Assembly: GCA_963752505.1 (NCBI GenBank)
Contig: CAVVYM010000003.1
Coordinates: 28,840-92,839, forward strand
Reading direction: 5' to 3'
From: an uncultured Actinomycetes bacterium
Lineage (GTDB): Bacteria; Actinomycetota; Actinomycetes; S36-B12; UBA10799
DNA length: 64,000 bases
Part shown: one piece after another, positions 28,311-37,060 of the stretch
Layout of the letters: each line of letters begins with the position of its first letter
Numbering within the stretch: the stretch's first letter is position 1
Position numbers and translations under genes: made by a program
The notes under the pieces: model-generated
What the model was told of the DNA's origin: nothing
Database searches by the model: none
Seen by the model: the letters and a program-made list of their open reading frames with translations, nothing else

Positions 28311-30899
28311 ATGGACATCGAATTCACCACCAAAGCCCAAGACGCGCTCGGCGCAGCCGTGCGGCGGGCCGCGGCCAACGGCAACGCCGAGGTGGCCCCC
28401 ATCCACCTGCTCGACGCGCTGCTCGGGCAGGGCGAGGGAATCGCCACTGCACTGCTCGACCAAGTGGGCGTCGACCGCCGCGTGCTGGCCGCCGCAGTGG
28501 AGGCGGAAATGGCCCAACTGCCGTCGGCGGCCGGCAGCACGGTGGGCACTCCACAACTATCCCGCGCCATGTACGCGGTGCTGCAGGCGGCGCAGGATCT
28601 AGCGAAGTCCCGCGGCGATGACTACGTCTCCACCGAGCACCTGCTGGTGGGGCTGTCATCGTCCGGCGGCACTGGGGTATCGGATCTGCTCGCAACCGCC
28701 GGTGCCACCACCGAGGCGCTCATGGCCGCGCTGTCCGACCTCAAAGGAGCTGACCGGGTGACGACTAAGGATCCGGAGGACACCTTCCAAGCGCTTGAGA
28801 AGTTTGGGGTGGACCTGACCAAACGTGCCGCCGAAGGAAAGATCGACCCCGTCATCGGACGTGACTCCGAGATTCGCCGGGTGATCCAGGTGCTCTCCCG
28901 GCGCACCAAGAACAACCCGGTGCTCATCGGCGAACCGGGTGTGGGCAAGACGGCGGTGGTCGAGGGGCTGGCCCGACGCATCGTGGAGGGCGATGTGCCC
29001 GAGTCGTTGCGCGGCAAGAAGTTGATCGCCCTCGACCTCGGCGGAATGGTCGCCGGGGCTAAGTACCGTGGCGAGTTCGAGGAGCGCCTCAAGTCCGTGC
29101 TGGAGGAGATCGCGGCCAGCGATGGCCAGGTAATCACCTTCATCGACGAACTGCACACCGTCGTCGGGGCTGGGGCGTCCGGTGAGGGCGCCATGGACGC
29201 CGGCAACATGCTCAAGCCGATGCTCGCCCGCGGCGAACTGCGCCTCATCGGCGCGACCACCCTCGACGAGTACCGCGAGTACGTCGAGAAGGACCCCGCG
29301 CTGGAACGAAGGTTCCAACAGGTGTTCGTCGGTGAACCCAGTGTCGAGGACACGATCGGCATCCTGCGCGGGCTGAAGGAGAAGTACGAGGCCCACCACA
29401 AAGTGGCGATCTCTGACGCGGCGGTGGTGGCCGCGGCGACCCTGTCGGATCGCTACATCACCTCGCGCTTCCTCCCCGACAAGGCAATCGACCTGGTGGA
29501 TGAGGCGTCGAGCCGGCTGCGCATGGCCATTGACTCCTCGCCCGAGGAGATCGACACTCTCCAACGCCAGGTCGACCGGATGCGCATGGAAGAGATGGCG
29601 CTGTCGAACGAGTCCGATGAGGCCTCGAAGGAGCGGTTGAAGAAGCTGCAGTCCGACATCGCCGACAAGGAGGAGGCGCTGCGCGGGCTCAAGGCGCGTT
29701 GGGAGCAGGAGAAGGGTGCCCTCGATCGCATCGGTGACCTGAAGATCGAAATCGACGAGCTCCGCGTGCGAGCCGACCGCGCGCAGCGCGACGGTGACTT
29801 CGAGGCCGCCTCGAGGCTCGTCTACGCCGACATCCCCGCGAAGGAGGCGGAACTCGAAGCTGCCGCCGAGGCCGCAAACGAACGCGAGGGCATGGTCGGC
29901 GAGGAGGTCGGGGCCGACGACGTGGCCGAGGTCGTTTCCGCCTGGACGGGTATTCCGGCGGGTCGGTTGCTGCAAGGCGAAACCGAGAAGCTGCTGCACA
30001 TGGAGGACTACCTCTCGGCCCGCGTGATCGGCCAGGACGAGGCGGTGCGCACGGTCTCGGACGCGGTGCGCCGCAGCCGCGCCGGCATCTCCGATCCCAA
30101 CCGGCCTACTGGTTCGTTCCTCTTCCTGGGCCCCACGGGCGTCGGCAAGACCGAACTGGCCAAGGCGCTCGCCGAGTTCCTCTTCGACGATGAGCGCGCG
30201 ATGATTCGCATCGACATGAGCGAGTATGGCGAGAAGCACTCGGTGGCGCGCCTCGTCGGGGCACCGCCTGGCTATGTCGGCTACGAGGAGGGCGGCCAGC
30301 TCACCGAAGCGGTCCGACGTCGCCCCTACTCCGTCGTGCTTCTCGACGAAGTCGAGAAGGCGCATCCGGAGGTCTTTAACATCCTGCTGCAAGTGTTCGA
30401 TGACGGTCGGCTCACGGACGGTCAGGGACGCACGGTCGACTTCCGCAACGTGATTCTGATCCTCACCTCCAACCTCGGCTCGCAATTCCTCATCGACACC
30501 TCCAAGCCCTTCGACGAACGTTCGGACGAAGTCATGGAGGTGGTGCGGGCGGCCTTCAAACCGGAGTTCCTCAACCGGCTCGACGACATCGTCATGTTCC
30601 ACCCGCTCAGCGAGGCGAACCTCGAGCACATAGTCGGCCTGCAACTCGAAGCCATGCAGGCACGCCTCGCCGATCGTCGCATCACCCTCGAGGTGACAGA
30701 CGCGGCCAAGGCATGGTTGGCCAAGCGCGGGTTCGATCCGATCTATGGCGCACGGCCGTTGCGGCGACTGGTGCAGACCGCGGTGGGCGACCAACTGGCT
30801 CGGCAGATTCTGGCGGGCTCCATTCGAGACGGAGCTGCCGTCGTGGTGGATGCCCCGGAGGGCGCCGATGCCGGGGAGCTGACAGTCAGTCCCGCCTAA
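28311..30899 (+). CDS. clpB: ATP-dependent chaperone ClpB
   Basis: 862 aa with a Clp N-domain, two AAA+ modules ([16 protein letters not shown]) and a long coiled-coil middle domain. Confidence 0.97.
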   Translation: MDIEFTTKAQDALGAAVRRAAANGNAEVAPIHLLDALLGQGEGIATALLDQVGVDRRVLAAAVEAEMAQLPSAAGSTVGTPQLSRAMYAVLQAAQDLAKSRGDDYVSTEHLLVGLSSSGGTGVSDLLATAGATTEALMAALSDLKGADRVTTKDPEDTFQALEKFGVDLTKRAAEGKIDPVIGRDSEIRRVIQVLSRRTKNNPVLIGEPGVGKTAVVEGLARRIVEGDVPESLRGKKLIALDLGGMVAGAKYRGEFEERLKSVLEEIAASDGQVITFIDELHTVVGAGASGEGAMDAGNMLKPMLARGELRLIGATTLDEYREYVEKDPALERRFQQVFVGEPSVEDTIGILRGLKEKYEAHHKVAISDAAVVAAATLSDRYITSRFLPDKAIDLVDEASSRLRMAIDSSPEEIDTLQRQVDRMRMEEMALSNESDEASKERLKKLQSDIADKEEALRGLKARWEQEKGALDRIGDLKIEIDELRVRADRAQRDGDFEAASRLVYADIPAKEAELEAAAEAANEREGMVGEEVGADDVAEVVSAWTGIPAGRLLQGETEKLLHMEDYLSARVIGQDEAVRTVSDAVRRSRAGISDPNRPTGSFLFLGPTGVGKTELAKALAEFLFDDERAMIRIDMSEYGEKHSVARLVGAPPGYVGYEEGGQLTEAVRRRPYSVVLLDEVEKAHPEVFNILLQVFDDGRLTDGQGRTVDFRNVILILTSNLGSQFLIDTSKPFDERSDEVMEVVRAAFKPEFLNRLDDIVMFHPLSEANLEHIVGLQLEAMQARLADRRITLEVTDAAKAWLAKRGFDPIYGARPLRRLVQTAVGDQLARQILAGSIRDGAAVVVDAPEGADAGELTVSPA

Positions 30900-31168
30900 C
30901 TGCCGGTCATCTCCTTGATCTTCGGGCGCACGTCTGCGAAATAGACGCCCATGGCGACCACCCCGGCGAGGCCGAGGATCGAAACCGGTGCCAGGAAGAC
31001 AAATGCGGTGGCGATGGCGAGGATGCCGAGCCAGAGGGGCTTGCTCAGTCGTCCGATGTAGGTGAAGGCCTCGCTGGGGCGACGGACGCAGTCGACCAGC
31101 GCCACGAGTGTGGCGATTGTGAGACCGATGCGAAGGGCGTTGACCACGAGGTCGACGAGATCAGGCAT
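30896..31168 (-). CDS. DUF2516 family small membrane protein
   Basis: 90 aa with 3 TM helices. The motif PLWLGILAIA and its size are typical. It sits after an XRE regulator and a Lys-rich protein, as in the Mtb Rv0474-0476 order (memory). Confidence 0.6.
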   Translation of the reverse strand: MPDLVDLVVNALRIGLTIATLVALVDCVRRPSEAFTYIGRLSKPLWLGILAIATAFVFLAPVSILGLAGVVAMGVYFADVRPKIKEMTGS

Positions 31169-31203
31169 GTCTCAAGGGTAAGCGTTGGCAGCGAACACGC
31201 AAA

Positions 31204-31245
31204 GACGGCTGGTGCCGGGGGCTATCCCATCCGGCACCAGCCGTC
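31204..31245 (-). terminator. strong stem-loop, probable intrinsic (possibly bidirectional) terminator
   Basis: A perfect 15-bp stem (GACGGCTGGTGCCGG / CCGGCACCAGCCGTC) closes a 12-nt loop. On the minus strand it is followed by TTTG, and it lies 51 nt downstream of the Lys-rich protein stop. Confidence 0.55.
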
Positions 31246-31295
31246 GCTTTGGTCAAGCACGATGCGGCACCGCGCTTGGGTTGTGGTGGCTGGAA

Positions 31296-31877
31296 TCAGC
31301 GACCGATGCGCTCGCGCACCGACTTCACGGTCGAGTCGGTCCGCTCGCGGAGATCGTGGGCCCGTGAGTCCACGTGACCGCGCAGGTCCAGGAACAGGTC
31401 GTTGAGCTTGCCGGGGGCGGTCTCGAAGAACTCAATGATGTCGGCGCGCACGTCGTCAACCTTGGACAGGTCGAGCTTGGGCAGTTCGAGCTTGGGCAGT
31501 TCCACCTTGGGCAGTTCCACCTTCGGCAGTTCGACCTTCGGGAGTTCGACCTTGGGCAGTTCGAAGTCCTTGAGGCCGTCGAGGAAACTCTTGTCCGATG
31601 CCATCTCATGTGCTGCGTCAGCAACCGAATCGGCAGCCTCGGCGGTCTTCGCGGCGGCCGTCTCCTTGACGGCGGTCGCCTTCTTCGCCGCGGTCTTCTT
31701 CGCGGCGGTGGTCTTCTTCGCCGCGGTCTTCTTGGCGGTCGTGGTCTTCTTCGCCGCCGTGCTCTTGGCGGCGGTGGCCTTCTTAGTCACGGTCTTCTTG
31801 ACCGCGGTCGCCTTGTCGCCAGCGGTGTCAACCGCTTCGTTGACCTTCTCGGACACAGTCTCGGGCTGGTTTTCCAT
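31296..31877 (-). CDS. Lys/Ala/Thr-rich repeat protein (HbhA/histone-H1-like low-complexity protein) with ELPKV pentapeptide repeats
   Basis: 193 aa. An N-terminal (A/T)AKK(T/A) repeat tract is followed by FELPKV-ELPKV-ELPKV-ELPKV-ELPKL-ELPKL-DLSKV and a helical C-terminus. The position matches hbhA between the Rv0474-like XRE and the DUF2516 gene (memory), but the domain order differs from Mtb HbhA. Confidence 0.6.
   Translation of the reverse strand: MENQPETVSEKVNEAVDTAGDKATAVKKTVTKKATAAKSTAAKKTTTAKKTAAKKTTAAKKTAAKKATAVKETAAAKTAEAADSVADAAHEMASDKSFLDGLKDFELPKVELPKVELPKVELPKVELPKLELPKLDLSKVDDVRADIIEFFETAPGKLNDLFLDLRGHVDSRAHDLRERTDSTVKSVRERIGR
31461..31565 (-). repeat. seven tandem 15-nt repeats (in-frame, encode the ELPKV/L units)
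   Basis: The units are cttggacaggtcgag, cttgggcagttcgag, cttgggcagttccac (x2), cttcggcagttcgac, cttcgggagttcgac and cttgggcagttcgaa, read directly from the sequence. Confidence 0.95.
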
Positions 31878-31889
31878 TGTGATCCTCTT

Positions 31890-32282
31890 TCATTCAGTGG
31901 GTCGTCTGGGGGAGTCGTTCGTCGGTGCAGACGCCGGTTCAGCGGCGGTGTTCTCCGCCACGAATGCTGAGTAGATCTCCAACATCGCGCGACGTTGACG
32001 TTCCGTCAGCGATGAGTCGCGGGCTATGGCAGTCCGCACTCCGCTGGCGTCGTTTGCCTCAAGCAACCCCGCTCGCACGTACAGCGTCTCGGCTGAGATG
32101 CGCAGTGCCGCCGCGATCTGAGTCAGGATTTCCGCACTGGGATTGCGCAGCCCACGCTCGACCTGGCTCAAGTAGGGGTTGGAGACGCCGGCGCTCTTGG
32201 CAAGTTGGCGCAGGGACATCTGCGCTGCGTTGCGCTGTTCCCTGATGTACTCGCCGAGGGTACCGACATCTAACTTGGACAC
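31890..32282 (-). CDS. XRE family helix-turn-helix transcriptional regulator
   Basis: 130 aa with a GTG start. Reads LGEYIREQRNAAQMSLRQLAKSAGVSNPYLSQVERGLRNPSAEIL, a canonical Cro/C1-type HTH. Confidence 0.88.
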   Translation of the reverse strand: MSKLDVGTLGEYIREQRNAAQMSLRQLAKSAGVSNPYLSQVERGLRNPSAEILTQIAAALRISAETLYVRAGLLEANDASGVRTAIARDSSLTERQRRAMLEIYSAFVAENTAAEPASAPTNDSPRRPTE

Positions 32283-32304
32283 GTCTCAATAGTGCCCCGA
32301 GTGC

Positions 32305-32316
32305 TTGCAATTGCAA
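32305..32316. promoter_or_regulatory. perfect 12-bp palindrome TTGCAATTGCAA (candidate operator)
   Basis: Read directly. It lies 23 nt upstream of the XRE regulator start codon, in a locally AT-richer stretch. Confidence 0.4.
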
Positions 32317-32406
32317 ACACCGAATCGGGCAAAAGTGCCGTGATGTCAATCACTTTCGTGTCAGGCGATCAACCTGCTGCATCACTGAGGCAAGCGGTTC
32401 CAGCGG

Positions 32407-33393
32407 CTAGTCGTGGGATGTCAGCTTCACAACCGGACGGAATTCACCGGCTGGTTGCCCGCCACCCAGCACCTTCTCCCAGGCCGCGATGGGCGCGAGC
32501 AGGTCGGCGTCGAGGCCCAGCTCTGCAAGCGTGCCGGCGATCGCGGCCGGACGGGCTCGGGCACCGCCGTCGGTGATCTTCAAGGCCAGCGCGCGGCCGT
32601 CGGGTAGCGCCGCCGCGTACATGCCGTCAGCACCGTCCTTGGCGATCATGCCGGGGAAGGAGCGCATGAGCGCGGTGGCCTCGCGGCGCTCGCCGGCCAC
32701 GAAGTGCGGCGCGGCACGCATCCCATCGGCGACCACTGCGCCGGGGCTGCCAGGGTCGGCGGAGCCCAAGCCTGCGAAGGCCTGGGCGAGACCCACCAGT
32801 GGCACCGCCCAGATCGCGGCTCCGCAGCCGTCGACCGCCACATCCGCCGGATCTGTGCCGGTGCTGCTTGCGACGAATTCGCCCAGCGCGATGGGCAGCG
32901 GGTGGTCGGGTTCCAGGTAGCCCTCGGTGGGCCAGCCGTTGGCGACGCACGTCGCCAGCATCGCCGCGTGCTTGCCCGAGCAGTTGGCATGCAGGCGCGA
33001 CCTGCTCGCACCGGAGGCGATCACGGCCACCCGTTCGGATTCGTCGAAGGGCCAATCGGGGGTGTTGGAGAGGTCGGCAGCCGATAGGCCGACGTCGGCC
33101 AGCATCGCTTGAACTCCGGCCACGTGCAGTGGTTCACCGGAGTGCGAGGAAGCTGCCAACGCCGCGTGGGTCGGGCCCGCCGGTGTGAAGCCCAGAGCCA
33201 CCATTGCCTGGGCCAGGACGGGTTTCAGTGCGGAGCGCGCGAACGCGCGAGTGCCGGGGTCCCCCGCCGATGCGATCAGCCTGCCGTCGGGGGAGACAAC
33301 TGCGATGTGGGCTCGGTGCACGGCCTCCACGATGCCGCCGCGCACAACCTCGACCGCCACCGGAGCGGCCGCCCCCTCGCCAACATAGGCCAT
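32407..33393 (-). CDS. asparaginase (L-asparaginase II / PF06089-type family)
   Basis: 328 aa reading VEVVRGGIVEAVHRAHIAVV...RSALKPVLA...SSHSGEPLHV...NCSGKHAAML, typical of this family (memory). Confidence 0.7.
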   Translation of the reverse strand: MAYVGEGAAAPVAVEVVRGGIVEAVHRAHIAVVSPDGRLIASAGDPGTRAFARSALKPVLAQAMVALGFTPAGPTHAALAASSHSGEPLHVAGVQAMLADVGLSAADLSNTPDWPFDESERVAVIASGASRSRLHANCSGKHAAMLATCVANGWPTEGYLEPDHPLPIALGEFVASSTGTDPADVAVDGCGAAIWAVPLVGLAQAFAGLGSADPGSPGAVVADGMRAAPHFVAGERREATALMRSFPGMIAKDGADGMYAAALPDGRALALKITDGGARARPAAIAGTLAELGLDADLLAPIAAWEKVLGGGQPAGEFRPVVKLTSHD

Positions 33394-33479
33394 GCTCTCC
33401 TCGTTCCGCCGCGACGCTTTGTTGATCTTCCGCCGCGACCATAGCGCGCCGTTCAGGCGAACATGTCAGCATTGGGCAC

Positions 33480-34415
33480 GTGACCTCGGCAGCTGGCTTC
33501 CACCATGGCCAACAGGCGGCAGAGGACGTCCTGCGGGCTGCGGCCGCCGCCTCATTCTGGGGTCGGATCGACCTCACCTCCACCGGCGGCGAGGTGGCGC
33601 GCGTCTGGTGCCGCGACTCGACGCTGCTGGCCGCGTCCGTGCCCGGCCCGCGACCACGGATAGGAGTGCGGCTGCTGTCCGCCGGGCTCGTGCAGCCAGA
33701 GGACCTCGATGCCGCATTGAAAGAACAATCGGAATCGGCCGAACCGGAACCGCTCGGGACCATCCTGCAACACCACGGCGCCATCGATCGCTCAGAGTTG
33801 GAGCACGTGGCACGAGAGCAACTCGTCGATCAGCTCGCCGACTTGTTGGGCTGGCCGCTCATCGGAGCGGCGCAGTTCTCCGGCGACCTGCCGGCTGCCG
33901 CATTGGATTCGGGCCTGCCGGTGGCCGAGGCTATCCGGCTGGCCCGCGAGCGGTTGTGGGTGTGGGACGGACTTGTCAGCCGACTGGGCGGCCCGCAAGG
34001 AGTGCCGTCACCGTCGATGCTCGCCGCCCCGCGCGCCAACCTCCTGCTCGGACCCTACGACTGGGCGGTTCTCACCAAGACCGATGGCATCCGATCGCTG
34101 GAGGTGCTGGCTGCCGACTGCGGATTGAGCATCTACGAGTGTGCCCAGATCGTCGACGCGTTGGCCAAGTTTGGGCTGCTCGTCCTGCCACACGGCCCGG
34201 GGTCACTCGGGTTGAGCACCGCTGGCGGCCTTCGTTCGGTGTCGGCGGCCACCGGCATCAGTCCGCCGACACCCGAGCGAGCAGATGACACTGCAACCAG
34301 TGGCGAGTCGACCTCCGGAGCCGAGTCTGACTCGCCGCGGCGTTCCGGCACCGATGTTGCTGCCCTGCTGCGGGAGTTGGCCGCGCTGAACAAGAGCAGC
34401 AAACCCGAGCAGTAG
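33480..34415 (+). CDS. hypothetical protein (possible DUF4388-like N-terminal domain; low-complexity C-terminus)
   Basis: 311-aa ORF with a GTG start and high GC3. There is weak resemblance to DUF4388/GspE-N-like segments (LGTILQHHGAIDRSELEHV). No function is assignable. Confidence 0.4.
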   Translation: MTSAAGFHHGQQAAEDVLRAAAAASFWGRIDLTSTGGEVARVWCRDSTLLAASVPGPRPRIGVRLLSAGLVQPEDLDAALKEQSESAEPEPLGTILQHHGAIDRSELEHVAREQLVDQLADLLGWPLIGAAQFSGDLPAAALDSGLPVAEAIRLARERLWVWDGLVSRLGGPQGVPSPSMLAAPRANLLLGPYDWAVLTKTDGIRSLEVLAADCGLSIYECAQIVDALAKFGLLVLPHGPGSLGLSTAGGLRSVSAATGISPPTPERADDTATSGESTSGAESDSPRRSGTDVAALLRELAALNKSSKPEQ

Positions 34416-34427
34416 CGACGACTCGGC

Positions 34428-34892
34428 TCACACGTCGACGAGCAGTGTCACCGGCCCGTCATTGGTCAGGGAAACCCTCATGTCTGCCCCGAACCGACCC
34501 TCGGCAACGACCGCTCCCAGCGTGCGCAAGGCCACTATGAATTCCGCCACCAGCGGCTCGGCCTGCGGTCCGGGGGCGGCGGCTTCCCAGGTGGGTCGCC
34601 GTCCCTTCGACGTTGCGCCGTAGAGCGTGAATTGACTGATGACCAGCACGGGCAACTGCAGGTCCTCGGCGGAGACTTCCGTGCTGCCGCTCGGCAGTTG
34701 GCAGTGCGCGAAGCGCGCGGCGTCGAAGATCCGCAGCCGGTAGACCTTCTGCGCCAGCCGCAGGGCCTTCGCCGCGGTGTCGTCGTGGGTCACCCCAACG
34801 AGCACCACGAGTCCGGGACCGGTGAAGCTCCCGACGATGTCACCGTCGACCGCCACCGATGCGGAATCGGCGCGTTGGACTAGCGCGCGCAC
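34428..34892 (-). CDS. dtd: D-aminoacyl-tRNA deacylase
   Basis: From GTG at 34892 the protein reads [17 protein letters not shown]...[11 protein letters not shown]...ISQFTLYG...KGRRPTW...NDGPVTLL. The start was chosen by homolog length (154 aa) and to avoid overlapping ygfZ. Confidence 0.88.
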   Translation of the reverse strand: MRALVQRADSASVAVDGDIVGSFTGPGLVVLVGVTHDDTAAKALRLAQKVYRLRIFDAARFAHCQLPSGSTEVSAEDLQLPVLVISQFTLYGATSKGRRPTWEAAAPGPQAEPLVAEFIVALRTLGAVVAEGRFGADMRVSLTNDGPVTLLVDV

Positions 34893-34905
34893 GGGCGGCC
34901 CTGAA

Positions 34906-35949
34906 TCATCCGGCCACGATGGGCTCGATGGTGGCAGGGGCACCCGCTACCGTGACCACCGCATCGTCGGCAGTGCTGCGCTTGACCACGGCGGTGGCGA
35001 TGGGGCCCAGTTCGAAGTGGCGGGCTGGGGTCGCAACGGCTCCGATGACGCGACCGTTGAGCTCCACCGGATCACCGTGCTCGGGGAATGCGCCGGTCGA
35101 TCCGTCTATGTGGAGCAGCACCAGGCGACGCGGCGGGCGCCCCATGTTGTGCACCCGAGCGACAGTCTCCTGCCCCCGGTAGCAGCCTTTGGCCAGATGC
35201 ACCGCAGGGCCAATCCAACCCACTTCATGCGGGATCGTCTTGTAGTCGGTCTCCATGCCGGCCCGAGGCACGCCGGCCGCTGCGCGGAGCGCTTCGAGCG
35301 CCCAGGTGCCGGCCGGATCACCGCGGGCGTCGAGATAGTCGTCGAGTGCGGCACGCGGCACCAGCACCTGCCCCCCGACCAGCCGATCGGGTCGCACGGG
35401 CACGTACTTGGAGGCATCGCCGCCGCGGTCGCGCCCCGATTCGGTGGTGCCCGTACCCGCGTACTCCGGCGGCACCAGCCAGGTGGGGTGCGTTGGATCC
35501 GGGTGGCGCACCGGTACCCACACGACGGCACGTTCGGCGGTGGCATCGGCCACCGCTACGTCGAGGGTGAATCGCATCCGATTGAGGAAATCCGCGAGCG
35601 GTCCCGCCGAGGCGGGCTCTGTCACGAGCCAGGTCGTAGTGCCGTCGTCGGTGACGTGGACCTCGTGTTCGACGTGTCCATTCGGATCGAGGAAGAGCGT
35701 CACGGCGGATTCGCCCGGCGTCAGGGACAGCAGGTCGGCCGACGACATCGAATGCAGCCACGAGAGTCGATCCGCACCCGTCACCGCGAGCACCCCGAGG
35801 TGGGACAGGTCCACTGCCCCGCGACCTGCAACCAACCGCCGCTGTTCGGTGTGGGGATCGCCGTAGTGCCAGGGGACGCCCTGATCGGGGGCTTCCGGTG
35901 GTGGCGGCACCGCGCCTGGCACAGCGAGCCGTGGTGATAAGTAGGTCAT
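34906..35949 (-). CDS. ygfZ: folate-binding protein YgfZ (GcvT-like, Fe-S cluster maintenance)
   Basis: From ATG at 35949 the 347-aa protein carries [20 protein letters not shown] and the signature KGCYRGQE. There is an ATGA overlap with the upstream fur-like gene. Confidence 0.8.
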   Translation of the reverse strand: MTYLSPRLAVPGAVPPPPEAPDQGVPWHYGDPHTEQRRLVAGRGAVDLSHLGVLAVTGADRLSWLHSMSSADLLSLTPGESAVTLFLDPNGHVEHEVHVTDDGTTTWLVTEPASAGPLADFLNRMRFTLDVAVADATAERAVVWVPVRHPDPTHPTWLVPPEYAGTGTTESGRDRGGDASKYVPVRPDRLVGGQVLVPRAALDDYLDARGDPAGTWALEALRAAAGVPRAGMETDYKTIPHEVGWIGPAVHLAKGCYRGQETVARVHNMGRPPRRLVLLHIDGSTGAFPEHGDPVELNGRVIGAVATPARHFELGPIATAVVKRSTADDAVVTVAGAPATIEPIVAG

Positions 35950-36371
35950 TGGTGCCCTTCTGGGTCGCAGTCGGAGCAACGGCCGTAGATGCCGGTGTGG
36001 CTGACGTCGGCGGTGAAACCGATTCGATCGAGTACATCGCGTGCGAACTGCTCCGCAACCTCTGCGGGGAGGCTCTGGACCCGCCCGCACGAGGTACAGC
36101 GAAAGTGCAGGTGGGCCGGGCTGTCGGCGACGTGGTAGGTGGGTGAGCCGGTGCCGATGTGGGCGTGGCTGACGAGGCCGACGGATTCCAGCACCTCGAG
36201 GACTCGATACACGGTGGAGAGATTCACCGCGGGCGATGCTTGGTGGACCTGCGTGAGGATCTGCTCAGGGGTGGCGTGGCGGAGGGTGCCGATCGCAGCC
36301 AGCACCAGCAGCCGCTGGGGCGTGGCGCGGTAGCCGTGCTCGTGGAGGACCTCGGCGCCGTCGGCGGTCAC
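35946..36371 (-). CDS. Fur family transcriptional regulator (Nur-like)
   Basis: 141 aa from GTG at 36371, with a GTGA overlap with the upstream gene. Reads GYRATPQRLLVL...NLSTVYRVLEVLESVGLVSHAHIGTGSPTYH and has two CxxC pairs (CTSC, CSDC). It closely recalls Streptomyces Nur (from memory), so metal specificity is not established. Confidence 0.8.
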   Translation of the reverse strand: MTADGAEVLHEHGYRATPQRLLVLAAIGTLRHATPEQILTQVHQASPAVNLSTVYRVLEVLESVGLVSHAHIGTGSPTYHVADSPAHLHFRCTSCGRVQSLPAEVAEQFARDVLDRIGFTADVSHTGIYGRCSDCDPEGHQ

Positions 36372-36901
36372 GGTTGGTGTGGTTGCAGGCGCGCAGACAG
36401 GTGATTCTGCAGCGGCTCGCCCACCGCCGCCATGTCGTAGGTCCACAGGAGTTCACCGTCGACGAGGCCGTAGAGGCGCTGCCCCGAGTTGACCTCCTTG
36501 GCGGTTGGAGCGCGCATGATGCCGTCGGTGGTCAGTTCCATCCGGGCCCCGGTGATCACTGCGTTCTCCAGGCCCGTGACTTCGACTCGGCCGAACCACA
36601 GTTCGGAAATCCCCGTGGGATGCTGCAGCAGCAGTTCGAACTCGTTGTCGGCAAGTGGCCGGAAGTAGCCCGACTCGGTGCCGCTCGGGCGCACTTTCTC
36701 GCCCGCGTCGTCGATGATCCAGGAGCGGCTGTGGTACGAGATGAAGGGTCGGCCGTCGTTGCTGAAGGTGGCCTGCTGGTAGAAGCGGAAGTCGTCGATC
36801 GTCGGATACTGACCAAGCCCCACGCCAGCCCAGGACCCGAGCAGCCAGCTGAGATGGCTGAGTTCACGCGGGAGCGATGGCGCGGCATCATCGTCAGGCA
36901 C
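36368..36901 (-). CDS. nitrobindin / FABP-family heme-binding beta-barrel protein (DUF1794, THAP4-like)
   Basis: 177 aa with a GTG start. Reads LSWLLGSWAGVGLGQYPTIDDFRFYQQATFSNDGRPFISYHSRSW, typical of the family annotated as peroxynitrite isomerase in actinobacteria. Confidence 0.75.
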   Translation of the reverse strand: MPDDDAAPSLPRELSHLSWLLGSWAGVGLGQYPTIDDFRFYQQATFSNDGRPFISYHSRSWIIDDAGEKVRPSGTESGYFRPLADNEFELLLQHPTGISELWFGRVEVTGLENAVITGARMELTTDGIMRAPTAKEVNSGQRLYGLVDGELLWTYDMAAVGEPLQNHLSARLQPHQP

Positions 36902-36904
36902 TGG

Positions 36905-37009
36905 CTACTCCTTGAAGAGGCGGTACACAACGTAGCCAGAAAACCAAACGATGAGGACGCTGGCCAGTACGAGGAGCGCTGTGAAGAAGTGTTCGACCAC
37001 GTGATGCAT
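36905..37009 (-). CDS. unannotated 34-aa single-TM small protein (MHHVVEHFFTALLVLASVLIVWFSGYVVYRLFKE)
   Basis: Below the ORF-track size cutoff; this is my own translation. It runs ATG to TAG, about 76 percent GC3 (25/33 codons), with a hydrophobic core and a basic C-terminus. Its stop lies 3 nt before the nitrobindin start. No clear SD sequence. Confidence 0.4.
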   Translation of the reverse strand: MHHVVEHFFTALLVLASVLIVWFSGYVVYRLFKE

Positions 37010-37060
37010 AGTAGCGCGCGTTCGTCGAGGCGGTCAGATGTCGTCGAGCCGCAGGCTTGA

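Noticed and set aside
28656-30794. 712-aa ORF antisense to clpB
   Set aside because: The logic is the same as for dnaK. ClpB motifs are on the plus strand, and the antisense translation has no recognisable motifs.
31461-31565. Tandem 15-nt repeats as a possible CRISPR or minisatellite
   Set aside because: No spacers are present. The period of 15 is a multiple of 3, and the repeats are in frame inside a high-GC3 ORF encoding ELPKV pentapeptides. They are therefore reported as a coding repeat.
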